From the IMG/VR virus record IMGVR_UViG_3300037515_000591, positions 1-64,000 of that record: a stretch of 64,000 bases of DNA, one strand, 5' to 3'. This DNA comes from a virus. Both the position numbers and the translations under genes were made by a program. Positions 27,690 to 36,372 of this stretch are shown here, piece by piece. Position 1 is the first letter of the stretch. Every line of letters begins with the position of its first letter. The notes below the pieces were generated by a model that worked only from the letters and a program-made list of their open reading frames with translations, was not told the origin of the DNA and searched no databases.

Positions 27690-28027
27690 TGAGTACCGAG
27701 TGGATGACGCCCGAGCAGATCCGGCAACACCGCGCCGCCGAGATCATGGAAGGCCCGCTCGGCCAAGCCATCTACGACGTCATCATCTGGACACGGAAGC
27801 AATGGCCACCCATGCGGTCCGATGACGAACTGTGGCTCAACCCCACCGACCACGGCGCCACCGTGCTGATCGGCGGCCGGGTGCTCGGCTACGAAGTGTG
27901 CGCCTCCGAACAGGTGCCGCCCGGCAAGGCGCTGATCTACTGCAAGGCCCTCAGCGCGTACGTGGGCGACGGGCAGATGCCGGACGGCCGGTACATGCTG
28001 GTGCGACTCCCGGAGATCACGCTGTGA
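27689..28027 (+). CDS. hypothetical protein
   Basis: ATG 27689; 112 aa. Confidence 0.5.
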   Translation: MSTEWMTPEQIRQHRAAEIMEGPLGQAIYDVIIWTRKQWPPMRSDDELWLNPTDHGATVLIGGRVLGYEVCASEQVPPGKALIYCKALSAYVGDGQMPDGRYMLVRLPEITL

Positions 28028-28326
28028 GCGACCGCATTCCACTCGACCCCGACCAGGCCATCGCCTTCGACAAGGCGACAGAGAACCGCCGCGAATACAT
28101 CCGAGCGGAAAGACTCGACCAGCTGGCCGACGGTGGCGAGTCCGTGCACTACCCGGGCTGCCCTGAATGCGGCGTGCCGGCGAAACACGTCGTGTGGTCC
28201 ACGTACGACCAGGGTCCGGGCGGTGTGCTGGAGATCGATTTGGGTACGTGCGGGCATCGGTTCACCGTGAGCCCGGTACCAGCACGCTTCGACCCAGACG
28301 GCTTCTGGTGGCACTCGGAAGACTGA
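28024..28326 (+). CDS. hypothetical zinc-ribbon-like protein
   Basis: GTG in GTGA overlap; CPECG...CGH; last gene of the island, ends 9 nt from the portal stop. Confidence 0.5.
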   Translation: MSDRIPLDPDQAIAFDKATENRREYIRAERLDQLADGGESVHYPGCPECGVPAKHVVWSTYDQGPGGVLEIDLGTCGHRFTVSPVPARFDPDGFWWHSED

Positions 28327-28335
28327 CGACCGCGC

Positions 28336-30390
28336 TCACTCCCAGCGGGCCACGAACGTGCCCCTGCACCGCACGCCGCCCTCGCACCGCAGATAGCCGC
28401 CCGCACCATACGCAGCCCGCACCGCGTCCAAGTCGTCGAACTCCGTGCCGTCGATCTCAGAGCACGGGTCACACACCCGGCTGTCGTTCTTCTCGCTCGC
28501 GAAATACCGGGCAGTCGGCGCAGCGGCCAACGTCGCCACCCGGCCCGCGTTCTGCGCCCGATGCAACGCACCCCCAAGCTGGTCACGCCGGAACCAATTC
28601 TTCAACCCCTTCAGGAACCGGGTGACCTTGCCCGCCACACCCTCACCGTCCGCACCCGGCGTCAGCAGACGCAACGCCTCACGCCCCGCAGACCCGGCAA
28701 GATCAGCAGCCAGCAGAGCAGCCGTCGCCGCGGCGATCTCCACCAACTCCGACCCGAACGCGTTCGTCAACGACCGGCTCAAACGCGGCGGCTTCACCTT
28801 CACACCCTGCTCGGCAGCCTCCGCCACCATCTGCGCGGCAGCAGCCTTCGCCATGTCGGCGAGCGCACCCCGCAGCACCTTCGCCGCCACATCCGAGTCC
28901 ACACTCAGATCAGCGAGCGCCTCAGTATCACCCGCATCCACCGCGGTCTCGATCTGCGCGGCGAGCGCCTCAACCTGCGCCTCCGCGACCGGCTCCCACG
29001 CCTCCAACAGCCCAGCCAGCGCCTCCTCGAACTGGACCCGCACCCGCTCCAACGCATCGTCATCAGCCTGCGCACGCACCCGACCGTGCTCCAACACCCG
29101 GTTGTACGACGGCTGCCCGGCAGGCAACGCGAACGGCACATGGTGATGCAAGTCCAGACGGGCCGCCGGCGCGGGCACAACCGGAGCCTGCTGAGGCGCC
29201 CGAGCAGGGGCCGGCGCCCGGTACCCCAGATCCGGCAAGCCCAAATACTCCGACGCCAACCGAGGATCCGCGCCCCCATCCACCAGCGTCTTCCACGCCA
29301 CCGTCTTCGACTCCGCCTCCTTCACCTCCAACTCCCGGTCCGTCGGAGTCGGATCCACAAAGTCGAACTCCAGGGCACGCGCCGCATCCTTGCCGTACAG
29401 CGGTAGCAACTGGTGGTTCAGCGCGCCGCGGATCGCCCGCAGATCCGGGACGACCAGCCAGCGGGAGAACATGACATCGGCGGCTTCCATGTTGGCGCGG
29501 TTCGCGTCATCAACTGTGCCGAGCATCGGCTTGGGGAAGCCGAGCCCTTCGCGGATGACCTCGCGGGACGCCGCGTTCGACTCGACGAACTGCATGTCGC
29601 GCTGCGTGTACTTGCGGTCCTTCCACACCCCGTGCTCCAGGAACGCGACACGGTGGGCGTTGGCAACACCCTTGTGCTGCTCGTCCCAGCGGGCCTGCAA
29701 CTGGTCCCACTCGGGGTCGGAGAGGACGGAGGGGAGTTCGATGATCCCGCCCGGCTCCGCGCTGTTCATGAAGAAGTTCCGCTGCCATTCGGCCGCGAAC
29801 TTGTTCGAGTCGATCTCGGCGAGCAGCGGCTGAATCGGCGAGATCCCCCGGTACGGATCCCTCGGGTGCGGCGTACGAATGAAGATCACGTCTTCCAGAC
29901 GCAACGCCACCTCCTCACCCCCCGGCCCCGTGTACATGTACCCCGACAGGAACTTCGTGGGATGCGGCACCGGCTGGATACGGTCCGGGCGCACATTCCA
30001 CATCTCCAGCGGCATCGTCGACCGGGCGCTATTCCGGGCGATCACCCACCACGTCTCCCCCGTCAAACCCTTGTGCTGCTGCCCCGCTTCCACGAAAATC
30101 TCGCGGGTGAAGAACGGGTTCGGCTTATTCCACAGGTCGAGCGCGGGATGAACCGCAACTTCCTGCCGGTCCTCCTTCAGCCCAGACTTGGCCTTGCGGT
30201 ACAGATGCCACTCCACCCCGGCCACAGCCTTCGACCAGCGGCTGACGATCGCATGGACGGTGCCCACCGTCTCCATCGCCCGCATCTGCGCCTCAGCACC
30301 GCTGGGTGCCCGCCACGGAATCGACAGCCCGCCACGGGCCGACACGTACGGCACCGGCGTCTTATTCCTCAGGGCACGTAGAGACCTCAC
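28336..30390 (-). CDS. portal protein (HK97 family) fused to MuF-like minor capsid domain
   Basis: HPALDLWNKPNPFF, GETWWV, FIRTPHPRDPYRGISP, FFMNSAEPGG portal motifs; C-terminal FASEKNDSRVCDPCSEIDGTEF MuF-like; GTG 30390 in GTGA overlap after GGAGAAGGGG. Confidence 0.85.
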   Translation of the reverse strand: MRSLRALRNKTPVPYVSARGGLSIPWRAPSGAEAQMRAMETVGTVHAIVSRWSKAVAGVEWHLYRKAKSGLKEDRQEVAVHPALDLWNKPNPFFTREIFVEAGQQHKGLTGETWWVIARNSARSTMPLEMWNVRPDRIQPVPHPTKFLSGYMYTGPGGEEVALRLEDVIFIRTPHPRDPYRGISPIQPLLAEIDSNKFAAEWQRNFFMNSAEPGGIIELPSVLSDPEWDQLQARWDEQHKGVANAHRVAFLEHGVWKDRKYTQRDMQFVESNAASREVIREGLGFPKPMLGTVDDANRANMEAADVMFSRWLVVPDLRAIRGALNHQLLPLYGKDAARALEFDFVDPTPTDRELEVKEAESKTVAWKTLVDGGADPRLASEYLGLPDLGYRAPAPARAPQQAPVVPAPAARLDLHHHVPFALPAGQPSYNRVLEHGRVRAQADDDALERVRVQFEEALAGLLEAWEPVAEAQVEALAAQIETAVDAGDTEALADLSVDSDVAAKVLRGALADMAKAAAAQMVAEAAEQGVKVKPPRLSRSLTNAFGSELVEIAAATAALLAADLAGSAGREALRLLTPGADGEGVAGKVTRFLKGLKNWFRRDQLGGALHRAQNAGRVATLAAAPTARYFASEKNDSRVCDPCSEIDGTEFDDLDAVRAAYGAGGYLRCEGGVRCRGTFVARWE

Positions 30391-30611
30391 CGGACTGTCC
30401 CCTTCTCCTGGTCGGACAGGACGCCCATCAACAGCAGCGCCACCGACGCCCCTGCAAGACCGGCACCGACACCCCAAGTAACCCACGCGGACGCGGTACC
30501 GCACGCAAACCCGGCGGTGGTGAACAGGCCGGCACGAGCCTCGGACGCTACAGTCGCGGCCTTGGTGAAGCGGGCGCGGGCCGCAGCGAGTATGGCGGCT
30601 GTCTGTTTCAC
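30387..30611 (-). CDS. small membrane protein coupled to portal
   Basis: GTG 30611 six nt after GGGAGG; 74 aa with two hydrophobic segments. Confidence 0.45.
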   Translation of the reverse strand: MKQTAAILAAARARFTKAATVASEARAGLFTTAGFACGTASAWVTWGVGAGLAGASVALLLMGVLSDQEKGTVR

Positions 30612-30762
30612 GCCGGCCTCCCAAATCGGTTCGACTACCTGGCATTGTCCACGCACCCGCGCTACCGGGGCTAGCGGCGGGCGATCACAGCCAACGCACC
30701 TAGGCGTAGCGCACGACATAGAAAGCCAGCAATAGAGTGTCAGCAGTTGATGGAATCGCCTG

Positions 30763-31398
30763 GTGAATCCACCAGTTCAGGTTGTGTACAAGGGCGTTAC
30801 GTACAAGCGGAATCCCAACAGCGATGACTGGCCCAAGCGCGTGTATTACCAGGCGCCTCGCGGCAGCGGACGCGGATACCTGCACCGCGACGTCTTCACC
30901 GACGCCAATGGTCCGATCCCGGACGGCATGCACGTCCATCACCGAGACCACGACCCGTTCAACAACGACCCGTCGAATCTGACGCTCCTCACCCCGAAGC
31001 AGCACCGCCAAGAGCACAGCAAGAAGTTCGACGAAGCACGCATGAAGATCTTCAGGGAGACCACTCTCGCAGCTGCGGCGAAATGGCATGGAAGCGAAGA
31101 AGGCCGCGCTTGGCATCGGGAGCACGGCCGCAAGACCTGGGAGGGGCGCGAGACGAGCACCTTCACATGCCCTGAGTGTGGGGAGGAACACCAGGGGCAC
31201 TTCCTGGCGCGCACCGGCCCTGAACGGTACTGCTCAGGGCGTTGCAGGCAGCGAGCGGAATGGCGAACGAAGAAGTACTGGGAAGATGCCACCTGCCCCA
31301 TGTGCTCGGCAGCGTTCAAGCGACAGCGGGGACGTAGTGAGACTTGCTCGCGCAGTTGCGGGGCAAAGCTCAATTGGCAGCGGCGTGCGTCCTCATAG
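30763..31398 (+). CDS. HNH endonuclease, antisense to late operon
   Basis: GMHVHHRDHDPFNNDPSNLTLLTPKQHRQEH; C-terminal CPECG/CSGRC/CPMC/CSRSC zinc fingers; sampled GC about 57%. Confidence 0.8.
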   Translation: MNPPVQVVYKGVTYKRNPNSDDWPKRVYYQAPRGSGRGYLHRDVFTDANGPIPDGMHVHHRDHDPFNNDPSNLTLLTPKQHRQEHSKKFDEARMKIFRETTLAAAAKWHGSEEGRAWHREHGRKTWEGRETSTFTCPECGEEHQGHFLARTGPERYCSGRCRQRAEWRTKKYWEDATCPMCSAAFKRQRGRSETCSRSCGAKLNWQRRASS

Positions 31399-32838
31399 CC
31401 AACGGACCCTGGTCCGGGGACCGACAAAATAGGCCAAAAGCAACGCATCTGCGTTATCCGGGCTTCGGCCGATTCGCTTCTTCGTCTCATCCTTCGGCTC
31501 CACCACCGTCCGCCCCGCGCTGTCCGTCGTGTACTTCGGCGCCGTCAACTGCGACACCAACCGCTCCCGATCCTTCTCCTCCAGCCCCGACATGTCCCAC
31601 GCCAGATCCTCCGACAACTGCCGGCCCACCTCCCACCACAACTGCGACCGCAGATTCTTGAACCGGCCCGGATTCGACGACGCCTCCGACACGTTCACCC
31701 CCACCACCTGTGCCCGGTGCAAGCTCTGCGACTGCTTCTCCCGCAGTGAGCCGACCACGCCCCACCCGATCCCGATCGCATCCACCTTCACGATCGCGGC
31801 CTGCGACTGGTTGATCGCCTCCACGATCCGGGCCACAGACCTCACCGGATCCCGCTCACGGAACCGCCACTCCCGGCCCACCACCACACCACGCCGCTCA
31901 CGAATCACCGTCTCGTCACCGCCAGCACCCATATCGATCCCGAGCTCCACCGGCGTGAGCTGACCTGGCGGCCACGGGATATCGCGCGGCCGGCAGCAGG
32001 CACGGACTTTCGACAGGCGCACCACCCCGTCCTCCGCGTCCGACGGGAAATCCCCGAGGACCTTGCTGATGTAGGTGGGCGACTCCTCCCCGTACTCCAG
32101 CCGCATCTCCTCGACGTAAGCGTGGGAGACGAGCATCTCCCGCAGCTCGTCCGGGACTTCCTCGCCCGTGAAGTTGGGGGTGTCGAACGCCGAGATCTTG
32201 ATGGTGTTCCAGCGTCCACTCCCGCAGACGCGAGCGAACTCAGTCCCCGGGTCGTCCGGATTGCCGACAGCGAGAATGCGGCAGTGCTCGCCCGTGGCGA
32301 TCGCGCGCGCAGCGGTCCAGAACTGCTTGTTCACGCCGCACGCTTCATCCAAGATCACAAGCACGTACTTCGCGTGGATGCCCTGGAAGGCATGCGGGTT
32401 GTAGTCGGACGGTTTGCGGCCGAAAGCGATCAGCCGCTTCCCCAGCTTCCAGTCCGTCTCATTGATCCGCCCCAGAAACGGACGGCCCCGCGCCTCGGCC
32501 TTCGTGAACGCCCCGTTGATCTCAGACCACAGGATCGCCTTCACCTGATCCCCGGTCGGCGCAGTCGTCACCACCCGCGCCTCACCCGGCGGATGAATGT
32601 CCAGCCACCACGCCACCAACTGCGCAGCCAAGAAGCTCTTGCCGACACCGTGGCAGGACTGCACGGCCGTCTGCCGGTGGTCGCGCACCGACTCCGCAAT
32701 CTGGATCTGCTTCGACCACAGATGCGTGCCCAGCTTCTCCCGCGCCCACAAGCCCGGGTCGTCGACGTACTGCTCCGCGACAGCAGCCTCATCCGCCTGA
32801 TCCTCCAGGCGACCTGCGGCAAGCGTGATCGCGTCCAC
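31393..32838 (-). CDS. terminase large subunit
   Basis: HGVGKSFLAA Walker A-like, VLVILDEACGV Walker B; nuclease half with IDMGAGGDETV; 481 aa. Confidence 0.9.
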   Translation of the reverse strand: MDAITLAAGRLEDQADEAAVAEQYVDDPGLWAREKLGTHLWSKQIQIAESVRDHRQTAVQSCHGVGKSFLAAQLVAWWLDIHPPGEARVVTTAPTGDQVKAILWSEINGAFTKAEARGRPFLGRINETDWKLGKRLIAFGRKPSDYNPHAFQGIHAKYVLVILDEACGVNKQFWTAARAIATGEHCRILAVGNPDDPGTEFARVCGSGRWNTIKISAFDTPNFTGEEVPDELREMLVSHAYVEEMRLEYGEESPTYISKVLGDFPSDAEDGVVRLSKVRACCRPRDIPWPPGQLTPVELGIDMGAGGDETVIRERRGVVVGREWRFRERDPVRSVARIVEAINQSQAAIVKVDAIGIGWGVVGSLREKQSQSLHRAQVVGVNVSEASSNPGRFKNLRSQLWWEVGRQLSEDLAWDMSGLEEKDRERLVSQLTAPKYTTDSAGRTVVEPKDETKKRIGRSPDNADALLLAYFVGPRTRVRWL

Positions 32839-32847
32839 CCCAGGGCC

Positions 32848-33420
32848 CTACACAGTCCTGAGATGACGGGCAGCGGCCTGCTTGGCCTTCGCCGCGTCCT
32901 GCCCCGTCACGCCGACCGCGGCGAGAGCCGCGTCGATCGCGTCGATCACCGCGTCCGCCTGGCGCTCCGTCACCCGGGCCAGCCGCTCCTCGATATTCAA
33001 ACGGGCAATCGCAGAGAGCACCGCCACCGCCCGGTCCATCGCCCGCTCATACAAGGCGACCTCGGCGCGAAGCTGCTCCGCCCCAGTCGCGCCTTCGTAG
33101 CGGACTTCCTCCAGCCCGTTGACGAGCGTCGCCGTCGCCTCCTGCCAGGCGAGGATCTGCCCGGCCAGCTTCAGCAGGGCAGCAAGCGGGTCATCGACCG
33201 CAGGGACGCCGAGTTCGGCGAGTACCGCGCGGGCTTCTGCCTCGGCGCGCCGGCGGACCGCTCCGGTTGTCTGGGTGCTGGTGCTACCGCCGTGCAGCCG
33301 GCAGGCGCCGTATCCAGGGTGGTCGGTTCCCCATCCGGCTGTCTTGCGGCACGTTCCCTCTGCCTGGCGGAGTCGGGCGCCACAGAGGTCATGGAGGCTG
33401 TTGTCTGACGCGAAGGTCAT
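32848..33420 (-). CDS. terminase small subunit candidate
   Basis: ATG 33420 after AAGGAGG; 190 aa helical protein directly upstream of TerL; called by position only. Confidence 0.55.
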   Translation of the reverse strand: MTFASDNSLHDLCGARLRQAEGTCRKTAGWGTDHPGYGACRLHGGSTSTQTTGAVRRRAEAEARAVLAELGVPAVDDPLAALLKLAGQILAWQEATATLVNGLEEVRYEGATGAEQLRAEVALYERAMDRAVAVLSAIARLNIEERLARVTERQADAVIDAIDAALAAVGVTGQDAAKAKQAAARHLRTV

Positions 33421-33504
33421 GGAGCCTCCTTTGTGTGCGGTTACTGTCTGTCGTGGTTTGATGGTAACGAGGGTGTGCAACTGGTGGATGGTGGTGCACG
33501 CGAT

Positions 33505-33543
33505 GAAGGCCCGCTTCCCGATGGGCGTCGGGGGCGGGCCTTC
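33505..33543 (-). terminator. hairpin separating upstream genes from the late operon
   Basis: 10-bp stem GAAGGCCCGC/GCGGGCCTTC with inner CCCGA/TCGGG pairing, 22 nt beyond stop of ORF 33565. Confidence 0.55.
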
Positions 33544-33564
33544 GGCGTGCGTGGGGTCCGGCGG

Positions 33565-34047
33565 TCAGCTCTCCCAGCCTTGGGCGACGTCCAGGGCGCG
33601 GCGCAGCGCGGACGCGAACGGCAGGCGCTGCGCCTCCGGCAGGGTGATCGACGCCGCCGTGATGCCGCTGTGCCCGTCGTCCTCCAACACGGTCACGGAA
33701 AACCCGTCCTGCATCGGGTTGAGAGCCAGCCCGTACAGGTCACCCAGCCACGTGCCGATACGGCCCTTCTCGGTGCCGTCCGGCCAGTGCGCCGCGTGCT
33801 CCCAGTGTCCGGTGACCGGCACGTTGAGCGCGGTGATGAGCGCGGGCAGGTCGGTGGTGGTGATCGCGGCCTCGGCGGCGTGGGTCTTGTCGCGGGTGAC
33901 CCGCAGGTACACCTCGGCGCTACCGGGCTCGGCGTGGGGGAGGCCGGCGGGGATGACGGTGAGGGTCGTCCCGTCGACGCTGGTGTAGTCCCAGGGTTGG
34001 GGGGTGAGTTCGGCGATGGTCTGGTTGAGGGCGGTGTGGAAGTCCAT
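33565..34047 (-). CDS. hypothetical protein
   Basis: 160-aa track ORF, balanced composition. Confidence 0.55.
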   Translation of the reverse strand: MDFHTALNQTIAELTPQPWDYTSVDGTTLTVIPAGLPHAEPGSAEVYLRVTRDKTHAAEAAITTTDLPALITALNVPVTGHWEHAAHWPDGTEKGRIGTWLGDLYGLALNPMQDGFSVTVLEDDGHSGITAASITLPEAQRLPFASALRRALDVAQGWES

Positions 34048-34092
34048 GAGGGTCTCCTTCGGGGGCAGGCGGGGGTGCGGGGGCGGGGCGGG

Positions 34093-34332
34093 TCAGTCGT
34101 CGATGGGCCGGAGTGCGCTGCACTGGCGTCGGCGGGGCACGATCCGGGAGCCGTGCCCGTCGAGGTCTGCGGCGACCGCGCCGTTGCCGTAGACGGCGGT
34201 GACGTACCCGCACACGGTGTCGTACGGCCAGGCGCCGGTGTAGGCCTGGATCCACCAGCCGGGTTGGATGTCGGCGAAGGTGGCGGGTTGGCCGTTGGGC
34301 ATGAGGTGGGTGTAGGTGCGGGTGTCGGTCAT
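34093..34332 (-). CDS. hypothetical small protein
   Basis: 79-aa track ORF. Confidence 0.5.
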   Translation of the reverse strand: MTDTRTYTHLMPNGQPATFADIQPGWWIQAYTGAWPYDTVCGYVTAVYGNGAVAADLDGHGSRIVPRRRQCSALRPIDD

Positions 34333-34341
34333 GGCGGCCTC

Positions 34342-34704
34342 CTAGGCGGCGAGGCTGAGGATGTGGGCGGCGATGCGGTGGTAGCAGACGTGCTTGCCCT
34401 TCAGGCCGGCGGCGCAGGTGCAGCCCTGGGGGGCGGTCTTGTAGGTGTCGGTGCCGTTGGAGGCGATGACCTGGAAGACGTGACGGCCGCGGAGGGGGAT
34501 GAGGGCGCCCTGCTCGATGAGTTCTTCGGCCTTGGCGACGAGGTGGGCCTTGTACTGGGAGACGACCTGCGCCTTGCGGGCCTTGCGGATCATGACGCGG
34601 CACTTGGGGCCGTAGCCGTCGGCGGTGGGGACGCGGAGGGCGCGGCGGCAGCGGAGGCAGTGACCGATGATCGGCTTCTGGGTGGTGGTGGCTGCGGCGT
34701 TCAC
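34342..34704 (-). CDS. zinc-finger protein (DUF6011-like CxxC...GYGPKC plus SWIM-type CxC...CxH)
   Basis: CLRCRRALRVPTADGYGPKC and CTCAAGLKGKHVCYHRIAA; GTG 34704 after GAGGGGG. Confidence 0.6.
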   Translation of the reverse strand: MNAAATTTQKPIIGHCLRCRRALRVPTADGYGPKCRVMIRKARKAQVVSQYKAHLVAKAEELIEQGALIPLRGRHVFQVIASNGTDTYKTAPQGCTCAAGLKGKHVCYHRIAAHILSLAA

Positions 34705-34740
34705 GGTGGTCCCCCTCGGTGCGGTGTTCCTTCTGACTCC

Positions 34741-34769
34741 ATAATGGCCAACCCTGTTGGCATTGTCAA
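34741..34769 (-). promoter_or_regulatory. sigma-70/HrdB-like promoter candidate
   Basis: minus-strand TTGACA (34769-34764), 17-nt spacer, CATTAT (34746-34741); about 37 nt upstream of GTG 34704. Confidence 0.5.
34748..34760. promoter_or_regulatory. inverted repeat CCAAC-CCT-GTTGG inside the promoter spacer
   Basis: perfect 5-bp arms; GTTGGCAWTG also occurs twice (34756-34765, 34774-34783). Confidence 0.4.
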
Positions 34770-34816
34770 TACGGTTGGCAATGGCATACGCGTAGGCCAT
34801 GTGCAACCATGACCGC

Positions 34817-35371
34817 ATGGACACTGCCAACCTCGAACACACAGCACGCCGCTACCGAGATGCCGAAGCCGCCCTAGACGCAGCCCGCACCAATCTCCAG
34901 ACCGAAGTGATCGCCTTCCTCCAGCAGCACGCCAGCGAACGCGGCGCACAGACCACAGCCGCCACCATCACCGGATGGAGCCGCGAGCACCTGCGAGGAC
35001 TACGGAAGAAAGCCGAGGAAGAGGCCGAACGCGCCCGCCGCGAGGCTGTGGTGGAGGCGCTGCGCCGGAAGGTCGAGGAGCTCAGCGCCACGGGCGAGCC
35101 GCAGCCTGCTGCCGTCGCGCCTCGCGTGCAGGTCTCGGCGGTAGTGCCGTCAGAGCCGCTGCCCGAGCTGTTGCCGAGGGAGTTCCGCAAGGTGGTCGCG
35201 CGGGCTATGAGCCGTGCGAAGCCCGACCAGCGTGAACGGCTGAACCTGACCGCGAAGACTGCGGAGCAGTTGGGCCGCGACAAGAACGACGCGGTTCTGA
35301 AGGTGGCGTTCGAGTTGGGGCTGCTGAAGCACGACGAGGTGTACGGCACGAACGAGGAGCCGACCGCATGA
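34817..35371 (+). CDS. HTH-containing protein heading plus-strand island 2
   Basis: ATG 34817; coiled-coil N-terminus then TAATITGWSREHLRGLRKK. Confidence 0.5.
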   Translation: MDTANLEHTARRYRDAEAALDAARTNLQTEVIAFLQQHASERGAQTTAATITGWSREHLRGLRKKAEEEAERARREAVVEALRRKVEELSATGEPQPAAVAPRVQVSAVVPSEPLPELLPREFRKVVARAMSRAKPDQRERLNLTAKTAEQLGRDKNDAVLKVAFELGLLKHDEVYGTNEEPTA

Positions 35372-35691
35372 GCGAGGCAGTCACCTGGGTCGCCCAGCAG
35401 CTCACTGCGGCAGGATTCACCCCACTGCCGAGCCTTCACCCGTCCGAGTACTTCTCCGTGACGGGCTTCGCTGTCGAGGATGCCAGCGACCCGGACGCTG
35501 CCCGCGTGACGGTCACTGCACGGTTCACTGGCCAGGATCAGTACAAGCAGTGGGGTGAGGCGCGGCGGCTGGCCGGCAGGTTGATGGATGTGCTTCAGCC
35601 GCTGGGCGTCGGGTTCGAGGAGATCAAGGGCCGTGAGCCGAACTGCGCTTTCGACGCCTACCCGCCCGACAGCGAGGATGCGACCGCATGA
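35368..35691 (+). CDS. hypothetical protein
   Basis: 107 aa, ATGA overlap. Confidence 0.5.
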   Translation: MSEAVTWVAQQLTAAGFTPLPSLHPSEYFSVTGFAVEDASDPDAARVTVTARFTGQDQYKQWGEARRLAGRLMDVLQPLGVGFEEIKGREPNCAFDAYPPDSEDATA

Positions 35692-36119
35692 GCGCCCTAC
35701 GCCCCGCCACGCTCGACGAATACCTGACCTGGCTACGCGCCTGGCTCACACCCGATCGGCCACCCACGCACGCCTACAACTACCCGTGGGCGCGATGGAC
35801 GTGGCTCACCGCCACCCGCGACTTCACCCTCGGCGGCGAGTGCGGAGCAAACGCCGTGCACATCATCGTGCCTGACGGAATCGACTACGCGCGCGGCGAC
35901 ATCGGGCACAACGAGCTGTACTTCATGAACGGCCCCGTGCAGTGCGGCGGCCTAGTGCCGGTGTTCTCCGACCCGGCGTTCCAGTCGCTTCCTGGTGTGC
36001 CGGAGTTCATCGCGGCTGAGCGGCTGAAGGAGACTGCGTGGATGCGGGAGCAGGATGAGGCCGAAGAGCAGCGGCTACGGATGGCGGCAGACAGCGACGT
36101 GCCCCGGCGCGCCTGGTGA
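35688..36119 (+). CDS. hypothetical protein
   Basis: 143 aa, Trp-rich N-terminus, ATGA overlap. Confidence 0.5.
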   Translation: MSALRPATLDEYLTWLRAWLTPDRPPTHAYNYPWARWTWLTATRDFTLGGECGANAVHIIVPDGIDYARGDIGHNELYFMNGPVQCGGLVPVFSDPAFQSLPGVPEFIAAERLKETAWMREQDEAEEQRLRMAADSDVPRRAW

Positions 36120-36138
36120 GCAGCGAGGAGACGAGCAC

Positions 36139-36372
36139 GTGAGCAACGAACCCCGCAGGCCGTCTCCACCGGTGGCCGAGGAGATCCCCAATGTTCTGCC
36201 CGACGTCTCGTTGACCGTGGTCAACACCGAGTTCGGGCAGATCGCCGTGTCCGATCATCTGGTGCGGATCTGGAACCGGTACGGGTGGCCGGAGGACTCG
36301 GTACTCAAGCAGATGGCCGACGTGCAACCGCCGGACGGGTGGCCGGTGAGCGGCGAGGAGACCACCCCATGA
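36139..36372 (+). CDS. hypothetical protein
   Basis: GTG 36139 after GAGGAG. Confidence 0.45.
   Translation: MSNEPRRPSPPVAEEIPNVLPDVSLTVVNTEFGQIAVSDHLVRIWNRYGWPEDSVLKQMADVQPPDGWPVSGEETTP

Noticed and set aside
28336-30645. Full 769-aa track ORF as the portal
   Set aside because: The first ~85 codons are Arg/Cys-rich and overlap a better small membrane ORF. The start was moved to GTG 30390, which has a GTGA overlap and an upstream GGAGAAGGGG.
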